Of a stretch of 63,609 nucleotides of DNA, positions 8,537 to 18,535 are shown piece by piece; within the stretch, counting starts at the first letter, position 1, and each line of letters opens with the position of its first letter. The position numbers and the translations under genes are program-made. Below the pieces are notes generated by a model, which worked only from the letters and a program-made list of their open reading frames with translations, was not told where the DNA came from and ran no database searches. The stretch lies in contig CALAJL010000023.1 of assembly GCA_937922735.1 (NCBI GenBank), positions 1-63,609 on the forward strand, in the 5' to 3' direction. The DNA comes from an uncultured Gammaproteobacteria bacterium. GTDB taxonomy: Bacteria; Pseudomonadota; Gammaproteobacteria; UBA4575.

Positions 8537-10834
8537 ATGTTCTGGAAAAAACAATGGAAAAAGCTGCTGAGCAAAGATGGCAAAGAGCAATATGAAATCC
8601 CTGCATATAGCAAAGATGGTGGACATATAAAATCTTTAGAACGACAAGGCGGTTTAACTACCAGCGCATCCTACGGTGGCATGGGCGAGCGAGAACTGCA
8701 ACTTCGTATGGAAATTCTTGTTGATCAAGCTCTTTCAAATCGTCGTAGTGTATTTGAACCTGCCAAACAGCTTGCGGTTTTTGCAAAAGTTGACCAAGAC
8801 CGTTTCTTACAATCAGTAGATAAATTTTGTGATACCAGTGTAGAACTAGCGTTTAACTTTTGTCAGTTTGCACCTCAAAGCCTACAGCTGGTTGAGGAAG
8901 AAAACTGGAATGATTGGGTAGAGAGTTTACTAACTATTCATAATAATACTGGACTAGAAGCTGCTATTACGGCAATAAAAAGTGTCGACAAATATGTGCT
9001 ATCGCTTAATCATGCCCCAAGCACGGTAACAATCGACGAGATACAGAGAGTATTAGAAAGCTTTGTCGTCGGTCTTAGCGGTAGACACTTAGGTATAGAA
9101 GCAAATGAAGAATTTTACACCGATACTGAATTAATAAGATTGCCAGAAGTATCTGAGCAATTTAATAGTCGGGAAGATAATTTTATTTTATACAAAGCCA
9201 TGGCTGTACATCAATGGGCACAAACCTGGTATGGAACCTGGCGAATGAATGTAGATACATTAGTAAAAATGTTCAAAGACTCTGAACGCGCACTCTCACT
9301 ATTTCATAAATTAGAAACGATTCGCCTTGATGCTCGAATAGAAGATGAGTTACCGGGCATTGCACGCGCCATAAAAGAGTTAAATGATAAACATGGCAAA
9401 ACTGAGGATCTTTCCAGTCTTTCAATAAACTGGCGCAGAGCTATAGAAAAATTAAAAGAACCTGATACTACAGTTCAGGACACGATGTATTTTTTAGAAA
9501 CTGTCTATAATGACAAACAAGCACCTGAAGATAAGTTTTACCAGGGATCACTGAATCCTCAAGAAACACGAAAAGCAATTAATGCCAGAATGCAGAAAGA
9601 AAAAGAAACGTTGGCAGAAAAGCTTAACCATTTACAACAAGAGCTTGATAGTAACCAGCCAAACAATGACATCAATAATATTGAAACAACAAGTGATAGT
9701 GATGCAGGAAATGAAGAAAATAGTAGTGGTTTTTCTATCAATGAAATTGAAGATGAAAACGTGCCGGATGGTTTTAAAATAGAGCTTCAATATGATGATA
9801 AAGCAATTGACCTCACACCAGATATGCAAGAGCTATTAGAGTCGATTCTGCAAGACCTTGGAGAGATTCCAGACAACTATCTCGATACATCTGCAAATGT
9901 CGCTGATCAAGATGAAGAAGTAACAGATGATAATACATCTGAGAAATCATTAGATAATGATGAGGATGCATTTCTGTATGATGAGTGGGATCACTCAAGA
10001 CAAAAGTATCGCAAACAATGGTGCCATCTTAAAGAAATAGAAATACAGCCTGTACATAACAATTTTGTAGCTAATACATTGCATAAACATCGAGGGTTAC
10101 TGAAACGTCTACATAGAACATTTGAAGCATTACGAGAAGACGATAAACGCATGAAACGTCAGCCTTTCGGTGATGATATTGATTTAGATGCAGTGATAGA
10201 AGCATACTCTGACACCAAAATTGGCATCGAAGCGTCAGAAAATTTGTTTACTAAATCACGCAAAATCGATCGAAATATTGCTGTAATGTTTATGATTGAC
10301 ATGAGTGGCTCCACTGCTGGATGGATTAATGAAATGGAGCGTGAGGCATTAGTGCTTTTATGCGAATCATTAAATATTCTTGGAGACCGATATGCTATTT
10401 ATGGTTTTTCTGGAGTAACTCATGAACGTTGTGAATTATATAAAATAAAAGAATTTGAAGAAGATTATAATGATGACGTTAAAGCACGTATCAGCGGAAT
10501 AGAACCACAAGATTATACCCGCATGGGGGCTGCGATACGACACCTGAGCAAACGACTACATCAAGTAGAAGCACGCACCAAATTATTAATTACCCTTTCT
10601 GATGGTCGACCTGATGATCAAGATGGTTATCGTGGTCCTTACGGTATTGAAGATACAAGACGCGCATTAATCGAGGCTAAATTTTTAGGCATACATCCTT
10701 ATTGCATTACAATTGATAGTGAGGCTATGGATTATTTGCAACACATGTATGGTGCTGTTAATTTTGCCGTTATTGATCAAGTCGATAAACTACCTTATAA
10801 AGTATCTGACATCTATAGACGTATAACCATCTAG
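8537..10834 (+). CDS. CbbO/NorD-like von Willebrand factor A (VWA) protein
   Basis: 765 aa. A NorD-type box FLYDEWDHSRQKYRKQWCHL is followed by a VWA domain with MIDAS motif MIDMSGST and LITLSDGRPDD. An acidic low-complexity linker lies mid-protein. The start codon is 3 nt after the stop of the J-domain gene. Confidence 0.8.
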   Translation: MFWKKQWKKLLSKDGKEQYEIPAYSKDGGHIKSLERQGGLTTSASYGGMGERELQLRMEILVDQALSNRRSVFEPAKQLAVFAKVDQDRFLQSVDKFCDTSVELAFNFCQFAPQSLQLVEEENWNDWVESLLTIHNNTGLEAAITAIKSVDKYVLSLNHAPSTVTIDEIQRVLESFVVGLSGRHLGIEANEEFYTDTELIRLPEVSEQFNSREDNFILYKAMAVHQWAQTWYGTWRMNVDTLVKMFKDSERALSLFHKLETIRLDARIEDELPGIARAIKELNDKHGKTEDLSSLSINWRRAIEKLKEPDTTVQDTMYFLETVYNDKQAPEDKFYQGSLNPQETRKAINARMQKEKETLAEKLNHLQQELDSNQPNNDINNIETTSDSDAGNEENSSGFSINEIEDENVPDGFKIELQYDDKAIDLTPDMQELLESILQDLGEIPDNYLDTSANVADQDEEVTDDNTSEKSLDNDEDAFLYDEWDHSRQKYRKQWCHLKEIEIQPVHNNFVANTLHKHRGLLKRLHRTFEALREDDKRMKRQPFGDDIDLDAVIEAYSDTKIGIEASENLFTKSRKIDRNIAVMFMIDMSGSTAGWINEMEREALVLLCESLNILGDRYAIYGFSGVTHERCELYKIKEFEEDYNDDVKARISGIEPQDYTRMGAAIRHLSKRLHQVEARTKLLITLSDGRPDDQDGYRGPYGIEDTRRALIEAKFLGIHPYCITIDSEAMDYLQHMYGAVNFAVIDQVDKLPYKVSDIYRRITI

Positions 10835-10850
10835 TCAACAAGCCTCTCAT

Positions 10851-12005
10851 ATGAAAAACAGTAAGCGGCTGGATGCCGTGCAGATCCCTATCATCCCGTT
10901 CATTGGTCAACTATGTCGTATGCATCCAGGTACTATTTCTTTTGGCCAAGGCATAGCATTTTATGGCCCACCACAAGAAGCATTTCAACATGTGCAAAAT
11001 TGCTTAACGGACGAATCAATTAATCGATATGGACCAGTAGAAGGCATACCTGAACTACAGCAAGCACTGATACATAAATTAAAGGAAGTTAACCAAATTG
11101 AAATAGATGATAGTAATGCAGTGATAGTAACCGCTGGATCTAACATGGCATTTAACACAGCTATTTTAGCAATTACTGACCCTAATGACGAAGTAATTCT
11201 TCCCCTTCCTTACTATTTTAACCATGAAATGTCATTAACAATGGAACGCTGTAATCCTATATTTGTTCCTTGCAATGAATTTTTTCACTTAGATATAGAA
11301 AAAATAAAAGATGCTATTACCGAAAAAACTAAAGCGATTGTTACCATTAGCCCAAATAATCCAAGTGGCACTGTATATACACAGCAAGAATTATTAGAGA
11401 TTAACCAACTATGCAAAGAACATAATATTTATCATATAAGTGATGAAGCCTATGAAGACTTTTATTACGACCAACACCAACATTTTTCATGTGCTTCATA
11501 TAAAAATACGCATCAACATACCATTTCATTGTTTTCGTTTTCGAAAGGTTATGGATTTGCCGGTTGGCGCATTGGCTATATGGTGATTCCCGAACATTTA
11601 CTTTCCGCAGTGAAGAAAATCCAAGACACTATACTCATCTCACCACCAATAATATCGCAACATGCTGCAATAGGTGCACTGAGCGCAGATACTAGTTATT
11701 TGCAAGATAAAAGAAAAAAAATGTCTATAAAACGAGAATTAGTATTAGAAAAATTAAAAGGTTTGCCTTGTTTAAAAACAGAACCAACTTCAGAAGGAGC
11801 CTTCTATACCTTGCTTAATCTAGATTTAAAGCAAGGGGACTTGCAGCTTGCCCAAACACTAGTAGAAAAATATGGCGTGGCCACAATCCCTGGCTCAGCA
11901 TTTGGTATTAATGATGGTTGTTATTTACGCTTATCTTATGGTGCTTTATCAAATGTAGATATATCTTTAGGACTCGATAGAATAAAAAATGGTTTATTAC
12001 CGTGA
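10851..12005 (+). CDS. PLP-dependent aminotransferase, class I/II
   Basis: 384 aa. FSFSKGYGFAGWRIGY carries the PLP-lysine motif, and NPSGTVY and SDEAYEDF blocks are present. Confidence 0.9.
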   Translation: MKNSKRLDAVQIPIIPFIGQLCRMHPGTISFGQGIAFYGPPQEAFQHVQNCLTDESINRYGPVEGIPELQQALIHKLKEVNQIEIDDSNAVIVTAGSNMAFNTAILAITDPNDEVILPLPYYFNHEMSLTMERCNPIFVPCNEFFHLDIEKIKDAITEKTKAIVTISPNNPSGTVYTQQELLEINQLCKEHNIYHISDEAYEDFYYDQHQHFSCASYKNTHQHTISLFSFSKGYGFAGWRIGYMVIPEHLLSAVKKIQDTILISPPIISQHAAIGALSADTSYLQDKRKKMSIKRELVLEKLKGLPCLKTEPTSEGAFYTLLNLDLKQGDLQLAQTLVEKYGVATIPGSAFGINDGCYLRLSYGALSNVDISLGLDRIKNGLLP

Positions 12006-12374
12006 GCAAGAATCTGGTATTAACGAGGAGTGATGATCAATTATTTTATAAATTTCATTGTTATCTTTATAAAAAACAAATGAAAATCTCGCTGGAAATA
12101 TAATTAATTTTTCATTTTCATAAGAAAACTCATATTCACCAGAATAAATTGCAGCTTCACCAAAACTTCTTAAATTTGATGCACCAAATTTCACCTTTAA
12201 ATTTTTTTTATAAAACAGAACTTCAAAATATTTTCGAATTAATTCTGGTGTATCACAAAATATGTCTGAAAATGTTCCCCACAGCACTGCATCTTCTGCA
12301 TAAAGACTTATTATCCCATCGAGATCTGTGTTGTTTAAACATACCTCCCATGTCCTTAGTAAGTTTTCAGCCAT
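11997..12374 (-). CDS. NTF2-fold protein (SnoaL/DUF4440/SgcJ-EcaC-like)
   Basis: 125 aa. WEVCLNNTDLDGIISLYAEDAVLWGTFS is typical of this fold family. Its 3' end overlaps the convergent aminotransferase gene by 9 nt. Confidence 0.65.
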   Translation of the reverse strand: MAENLLRTWEVCLNNTDLDGIISLYAEDAVLWGTFSDIFCDTPELIRKYFEVLFYKKNLKVKFGASNLRSFGEAAIYSGEYEFSYENEKLIIFPARFSFVFYKDNNEIYKIIDHHSSLIPDSCSR

Positions 12375-12816
12375 TTTAGGAACCCATCTACCTTTAGATT
12401 TAGAACATGTGTTGTATAAATAATAGACCTGCCAAGATCATATGCAACTAATTTTCTTTTATTTTCTCTGCATTGCGTAAAAGATCACACTAATTTGAGT
12501 ATGATTATTTCAATTAATAGTTATCCACTTAACCTTTGAGGCATGACATGTTTCATTTCTAAGTGACAATTAATATTTATCAAGTCATCAATAATTTCAT
12601 TAGCACTGAATAATTACAAATAACGACTATTATAAATCCACATCATCAACTGATTATATTAAGGTATATAATTGAGACACACACCTTTTGCACATAAAAT
12701 TAATCATCGTATCAGCTTATTGTAAATTGATGTAAACAACTTACAGAAGCATTATCTATTTATCTTCAAATTCATCAAGATATATTCTTTATATATGAGG
12801 AAATAAGTTAAACATC

Positions 12817-13806
12817 ATGCTTGAAATACTTATCATTGATGATGACCTCGATTTAACAGCTCTATTAAAGGTTTATCTCGAGTCAGATCAATCTATAAAC
12901 GTAGACATTGCAAACAGCTTTGCAACTGGATCTGCCGCATTAAAAGAATGTAAACATGATGTTTACATCATAGACTACGAACTTGGTGGCATAAATACTG
13001 GTCTTGAATTGATCCAGGAAGCCCATGCATTAGAATTAGCACCTTTAATAATGCTCTCCTCAATCAATGACGATCGTTTAGCCGAAGCAGCTATTGAATA
13101 TGGCGGGTGTGATTTCATTTCCAAAATTAATCTAAACATGGATCATTTTCAACGTGCAATTCAGAATAATATCAGGCGTGCTGAAAGAATAAATACATTA
13201 AAGAATGAACGAAATAGCTTAATACAGAAATCTTATTATGATGCACTAACTGGATTACTAAACCGTACTTATTTATATGAAAAACTATCATTACCTCAAA
13301 TTAATGAGACGGATAGTTACTCATCAATTCTATTTCTTGACCTTGATGGTTTTAAATTTATAAATGATGAATATGGACACGCAGCAGGAGATGAAGTCCT
13401 CAAGCAAGTTGCAGAAAGATTAATCCAAAGCGTGCAAGAACAAGACACAGTTGCAAGACTAGGAGGCGATGAGTTTTTAATTATAATGCGACCTAACATT
13501 AATAAATCCAGCAACGATATTATCACTTCGATTATTTCGTCAAGGATAATTCGCACCATTGCATCGCCATTCGATATTCATATTGATGAGTCAAATATCA
13601 ATGTAAAACTATCAATAACCACTAGCATAGGAATTGCTTTATATCCTGATCATTCAACTGACTTAAATGAGTTAATAAAACTTGCAGACCAATCTATGTA
13701 TACTGCAAAATCACTAGGAAAAAATCAGTTCGCAATTCATAGCCCAAAACAGACTCAAACAATAGTTAAAAGGGAAATGACAGCTAAAAATGGAGTGCAT
13801 AATTAA
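12817..13806 (+). CDS. Response regulator receiver + GGDEF diguanylate cyclase
   Basis: Receiver domain (LIIDDD..., acceptor-like D in DVYIIDYEL) followed by a GGDEF domain (DLDGFKFINDEYGHAAGD, RLGGDEF). No RxxD I-site lies directly upstream of GGDEF. Confidence 0.9.
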   Translation: MLEILIIDDDLDLTALLKVYLESDQSINVDIANSFATGSAALKECKHDVYIIDYELGGINTGLELIQEAHALELAPLIMLSSINDDRLAEAAIEYGGCDFISKINLNMDHFQRAIQNNIRRAERINTLKNERNSLIQKSYYDALTGLLNRTYLYEKLSLPQINETDSYSSILFLDLDGFKFINDEYGHAAGDEVLKQVAERLIQSVQEQDTVARLGGDEFLIIMRPNINKSSNDIITSIISSRIIRTIASPFDIHIDESNINVKLSITTSIGIALYPDHSTDLNELIKLADQSMYTAKSLGKNQFAIHSPKQTQTIVKREMTAKNGVHN

Positions 13807-13833
13807 TTCTCTGCACACATTCCACTCGAGTCC

Positions 13834-15324
13834 TCATCGTCCTTTAAATATAGACCCCATAATTCCACGAATGATTGATTGACCTAAACGCGAAGTAACT
13901 ACTTTAGTTGCACTTTTAACAACTGTTTGTGTGGTCGTCTCTCTGGTACTGCGTTTTTTGCGAGTAGTCTTTTTTGTTTTTGGTTTGTTCGCCTTATACT
14001 CACGTTCTTTATCTGCTTTATTATTTGACTCTTTAGTCGCTTCTTCGGTGCGAGCCATTAACTTTTCTGACGCACTTTCGCGATCCACTTTAGTGTCATA
14101 GACACCTTTAATAGGACTTTTATCAAAAACCACTTTGCGTTCTGACTTTGTTGCGGGCCCCATACGAGACTCGGGGGGTCGAATCTTTGTTTGTTGCACA
14201 ATGGTAGGCACACCATCTGGATCTAGCACCGAAACTAATGCTTCACCCACACCTAATTCAGTTATCACTTTTTCAGTATCAAGATCTGGATTTTCTCTAA
14301 AAGTAGTTGCAGCCGCCTTTACTGCTTTCTTATCACGTGGCGTGTACGCACGCAGAGCATGCTGTATGCGGTTACCTAACTGCCCTAATACTTCATCTGG
14401 CACATCTACAGGATTCTGAGTAACAAAATATACACCGATACCTTTAGATCGAATCAGCCGAACCACCTGCTCAACTTTTTGTGTAAGTGCTTTTGGCGCA
14501 TCATCAAAGAGCAAATGAGCTTCATCAAAGAAAAACACCATTTTTGGCTTGTCTGGGTCACCTACTTCCGGAAGTTCTTCAAATAGCTCAGAAAGTAACC
14601 ATAATAGGAAGGTTGAATATAACCGCGGATTTAGCATTAATTCATCGGCAGCAAATAAATTGATATACCCCTTACCTTCCTCCGTACAACGCATTAAGTC
14701 TTTTAGTTCAAGCGCAGGCTCTCCAAAGAAATTTTTAGCACCTTGTTGTTCTAGCACTAATAAGCGTCGTTGAATTGCACCAATTGATTGCTTGCTCACG
14801 TTTCCATAATCCACAGTTAGTGCTGAAGCATTCTCACCAACATGATTAAGTATAGCTCGTAAATCTTTGAAATCTAGAAGTAATAAACCTTCGTCATCTG
14901 CTAGTTTGAAGGCGATATTCAAAACACCTTCTTGAGTATCATTAAGATCCAACAATCTAGATAGTAGTAATGGGCCCATTTCTGAAATGGTTGTACGAAC
15001 CGGATGCCCCTGCTTGCCAAAAATATCCCAAAATACTGTCGGGAATCCTCTAGGTGTATAATCCACCACTCCCGTTTTAGACGCACGCTCTACCAGCTTA
15101 GGCTTTTCTTTGATTGCTTGGCTGATGCCACTCAAGTCACCTTTAATATCTGCAGCAAATACAGGCACTCCGGCTTGAGAAAAACCCTCGGCAAGAATTT
15201 GCAAGGTTACTGTCTTACCTGTACCCGTTGCACCCGCAATTAGGCCATGTCGATTTGCACGATTGAGAAATAGACGCTGAACTTCATCACTTTTCCCAAT
15301 TACAATTGTATTTTCAGTAGTCAA
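13834..15324 (-). CDS. DUF853 / HerA-like P-loop ATPase (YjgR family)
   Basis: Walker A GATGTGKT and Walker B MVFFFDEAHLLF, with a lysine-rich C-terminal tail. Length and layout match the YjgR family. Confidence 0.85.
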   Translation of the reverse strand: MTTENTIVIGKSDEVQRLFLNRANRHGLIAGATGTGKTVTLQILAEGFSQAGVPVFAADIKGDLSGISQAIKEKPKLVERASKTGVVDYTPRGFPTVFWDIFGKQGHPVRTTISEMGPLLLSRLLDLNDTQEGVLNIAFKLADDEGLLLLDFKDLRAILNHVGENASALTVDYGNVSKQSIGAIQRRLLVLEQQGAKNFFGEPALELKDLMRCTEEGKGYINLFAADELMLNPRLYSTFLLWLLSELFEELPEVGDPDKPKMVFFFDEAHLLFDDAPKALTQKVEQVVRLIRSKGIGVYFVTQNPVDVPDEVLGQLGNRIQHALRAYTPRDKKAVKAAATTFRENPDLDTEKVITELGVGEALVSVLDPDGVPTIVQQTKIRPPESRMGPATKSERKVVFDKSPIKGVYDTKVDRESASEKLMARTEEATKESNNKADKEREYKANKPKTKKTTRKKRSTRETTTQTVVKSATKVVTSRLGQSIIRGIMGSIFKGR

Positions 15325-15650
15325 TGGAATTATTCTTTTAGTTTTATGGTCTTATTTTACTAACAGCGTATTGGAGCACAATATTGGCTGAATTTAGCAA
15401 TAACTTTACTCAGTTTGTCGCTTTTGGCCAGCACTTCATACTTCCTTACTCAACAAAAGCATAACAAGTTAAATATAGTCCTTACAATCAATTGCTTACA
15501 AATATATACTGGATTTTCGATCAAATTTAAACACATCATAGCCTTGCAGTTCGTATAATTTACATACAATTCGAACATCCAAATAACTATAATTTTAAAC
15601 TACTAGATACAAAATACTGCTTTTCTATACTAACTAATAAGAATCTTATC

Positions 15651-17723
15651 TTGAGCACGTTAACGACAAAATTACTACTCACCTGCGTAACTGCATTTAC
15701 ATTATTTGCGGCAAGTTATTCCTATAGCACCACAACGAATGCGCTAGCTCCAGAAAAACAACATAATCGTGCTACCAAGTTAATTACCCATTTTCTCGAC
15801 AAGTATCACTATAAAGATTTCAATATTGATAATTCATTATCCGATCAAATTTTAAGCTCTTATATAGAAGCACTAGACCCAAACCGTAGCTACTTTTATC
15901 AAAAAGATATCGATAGCTTTCAAATATTTCGTTTTAAGTTAGATGATGCAATTTCTAAAACTGAACTGAGCCCGCCATTTCAAATGTTTCGTCTGTACCA
16001 AGCCCGTGTAGATGAACGAGTATTATTTGCCTTAGACCAATTAAAAACCAAGTTTGATTTTGAAGTAGACGAAGAACTCATAATTGATCGTTCTGAATTA
16101 GACTGGGCAAATAGCAATCATGAATTAAACGAAATTTGGCGCAAACGCGTAAAAAATGATGTGCTGACTTTAAAGCTTGCAGACAAAAAACCTGCTGAGA
16201 TTAAAGAAACCTTGGAAAAAAGATACAAAGGCATTGCTAAACGCAGTGAACAAATCGATGCAGAAGATGTGTATCAACTTTTTATTAATGCATTTGCTAG
16301 CACATTAGAACCTCACACTAACTACTTATCACCAAGAACTTCTGAAAATTTTGAAATCAGAATGAGTTTATCGCTCGAAGGAATTGGTGCACTGCTTCGC
16401 ACAGATGGCGAATATACTGTGGTAGAAAAAGTAATCCCTGGCGGGCCAGCAGAATTAAGCGATCTGCTTCACAGCTCAGACAGAATTGTAGGCATCGCGC
16501 AGCAAGATGAAAGAACATTTAAAGATGTTGTCGGTTGGCGTTTAGAGGAAGTCGTCCAGCTAATTCGTGGTGCAAAAGGTACAGATGTTAAATTACAAAT
16601 TTTACCCGGTGACGAAGGTCAAGCAGCAAAAATCAAAGAAATTAAAATTACACGCGATAAAATAAAACTAGAAGAACAAGCAGCTAAAAGTGAAGTTATC
16701 AAAATCGAAGAAGATAATCAGGAATATAAAATTGGTATAGTAGACGTACCTACTTTTTATATCGACTTTGCTGCGTACCAACGTGGAGAAAAAGATTATC
16801 GCAGCACAACACGTGATGTAGATAAACTTCTTACAGATTTAAAGTCAGAAAAAATTGATGCTTTAATATTAGATTTACGTGGCAATGGTGGTGGTTCACT
16901 CACTGAAGCCACTCAACTCATGGGCTTGTTTATAGATGAAGGTCCGATAGTGCAAGTACAAGACTCTAGCGGCCATATAGAAGTTCATCGTGATAGAGAT
17001 AACAATATCTCATACTATGGGCCACTTGTTGTCTTGGTTGATCGTTACAGTGCATCAGCGTCAGAAATTCTAGCTAGTGCTATTCAAGACTATCATCGCG
17101 GTATTGTCGTAGGTGAAACCACCTTTGGTAAAGGCACTGTGCAACAACTCGTTGATCTTAATAACTTTAGCTCAAGCAATGACGTAAAACTTGGCCAATT
17201 AAAAGCTACGATCGCACAATATTTCAGAATTGATGGTGGCAGCACACAGCACCAAGGAGTCATCCCTGATATCGACTTTAAAACAATATTTCAAGATGAA
17301 GAACATGGAGAGCGCGCATTAAAAAATGCATTACCCGCTAGTGAGATTGCTGCCGTCGAACATCATATCGGTGATATTGACATGCAAGTTATAAATCATA
17401 CATCTGAAAGACATAAAAATAGAATTAAGACTAATGAAAAATTTAATTCTTTATTAGAAATTTTCCAATTAGATTACAAAGTGAGAAATCAGAAAACTGT
17501 ATCACTATTAGAATCTACTAGAAAAAAAGAATACAAGAATGTAGAAGCGACGCGAGAAGAATACCAAGCACTGCTAAAAGATACTGAAGGCAATCTAAAT
17601 AAATTAGATGATGATGATGAATTTATTGATGTACTACTTGATGAAACCGCCCATATTGCAGCAGACCTAAGCAAGATTTTAGAGGCTAAAAATTCTAGCT
17701 CTTTTGTTTATCGCAATCATTAA
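15651..17723 (+). CDS. prc: Carboxy-terminal processing (tail-specific) protease, S41 family
   Basis: 690 aa with a TTG start and a signal peptide. Has a PDZ region and S41 motifs DLRGNGGGS, DRYSASASEI and TFGKGTVQ. Confidence 0.9.
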   Translation: MSTLTTKLLLTCVTAFTLFAASYSYSTTTNALAPEKQHNRATKLITHFLDKYHYKDFNIDNSLSDQILSSYIEALDPNRSYFYQKDIDSFQIFRFKLDDAISKTELSPPFQMFRLYQARVDERVLFALDQLKTKFDFEVDEELIIDRSELDWANSNHELNEIWRKRVKNDVLTLKLADKKPAEIKETLEKRYKGIAKRSEQIDAEDVYQLFINAFASTLEPHTNYLSPRTSENFEIRMSLSLEGIGALLRTDGEYTVVEKVIPGGPAELSDLLHSSDRIVGIAQQDERTFKDVVGWRLEEVVQLIRGAKGTDVKLQILPGDEGQAAKIKEIKITRDKIKLEEQAAKSEVIKIEEDNQEYKIGIVDVPTFYIDFAAYQRGEKDYRSTTRDVDKLLTDLKSEKIDALILDLRGNGGGSLTEATQLMGLFIDEGPIVQVQDSSGHIEVHRDRDNNISYYGPLVVLVDRYSASASEILASAIQDYHRGIVVGETTFGKGTVQQLVDLNNFSSSNDVKLGQLKATIAQYFRIDGGSTQHQGVIPDIDFKTIFQDEEHGERALKNALPASEIAAVEHHIGDIDMQVINHTSERHKNRIKTNEKFNSLLEIFQLDYKVRNQKTVSLLESTRKKEYKNVEATREEYQALLKDTEGNLNKLDDDDEFIDVLLDETAHIAADLSKILEAKNSSSFVYRNH

Positions 17724-17890
17724 TAGTATTATATTGAGCGACTGATTATTAACATAATCAGATCAAATCCCTTCATTAAATAGCTTCAATATAAAGCTTT
17801 ATACACTATTCAATAGTGCGTGAATTATCTTTAATCAAACCATTAAACTAGCTTTATATATGCACTTTAATCAGAACAGAGTTTCACATC

Positions 17891-18361
17891 TTAACGCTTA
17901 TAATAAATTTTCTCACTACATGAATTTTTAAATGCCATAAGAATGGTAATTGATTCCAGAGCATGCTCGTAAACACCAAGCCTATGAGATTGAATATCGA
18001 ATATTTTATGACATAAGAAACCATGGTCATCGTGTATGTCATCAACATTTGTGTATTTCATATGCCAATCTATAAATTGACGTTCATTAATGAAATCCTG
18101 GCGTAGCACATCAATAGAATGATGTCTTCTGTCTTTCCTTATTATAGAAAATATATTATCTACGTTAGATTTTTGTCCTTCTAAGAATTGCATGAATTTA
18201 CAGTCACAATAAGTTAAGACACCTGTCACACCTACTTTTTCATTATTGATGTTCGAGACCTTTTCTATAGCGTGTATATCATTAAGCTCCAATGGTTTAG
18301 TCGCAGAACTTACATACACTAATTGGTATATATTATTGTTACTTTTTGCAAAACGTGTCAT
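17891..18361 (-). CDS. BLUF-domain blue-light FAD photoreceptor (short, single-domain)
   Basis: YQLVYVS (Tyr), VTGVLTY..FMQFLEG (Gln), RHHS and FIDWHM (Trp/Met) align with AppA/BlrB-type BLUF domains. It has only a ~55-aa helical tail and no output domain. Confidence 0.85.
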   Translation of the reverse strand: MTRFAKSNNNIYQLVYVSSATKPLELNDIHAIEKVSNINNEKVGVTGVLTYCDCKFMQFLEGQKSNVDNIFSIIRKDRRHHSIDVLRQDFINERQFIDWHMKYTNVDDIHDDHGFLCHKIFDIQSHRLGVYEHALESITILMAFKNSCSEKIYYKR

Positions 18362-18467
18362 TCGCCAATTTTACGACGATGTTGATTTGATAAATATAAA
18401 TTGAAATTTTGAATTTCTCTTATAAACACGATTGATAGATTTTTAATTCAAAAATATATCAATTTTC

Positions 18468-18483
18468 AAATTCATATGAATTT
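18468..18483. promoter_or_regulatory. Perfect 16-bp palindrome AAATTCATATGAATTT, candidate operator upstream of the BLUF gene
   Basis: Read directly from the sequence. It lies about 105 bp upstream of the BLUF start, in the BLUF-GAF spacer. Confidence 0.25.
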
Positions 18484-18535
18484 AAGCCGGAGAACTTACT
18501 GGTAAGTTGTCGTTATTATTGAAAAATAATAATTT

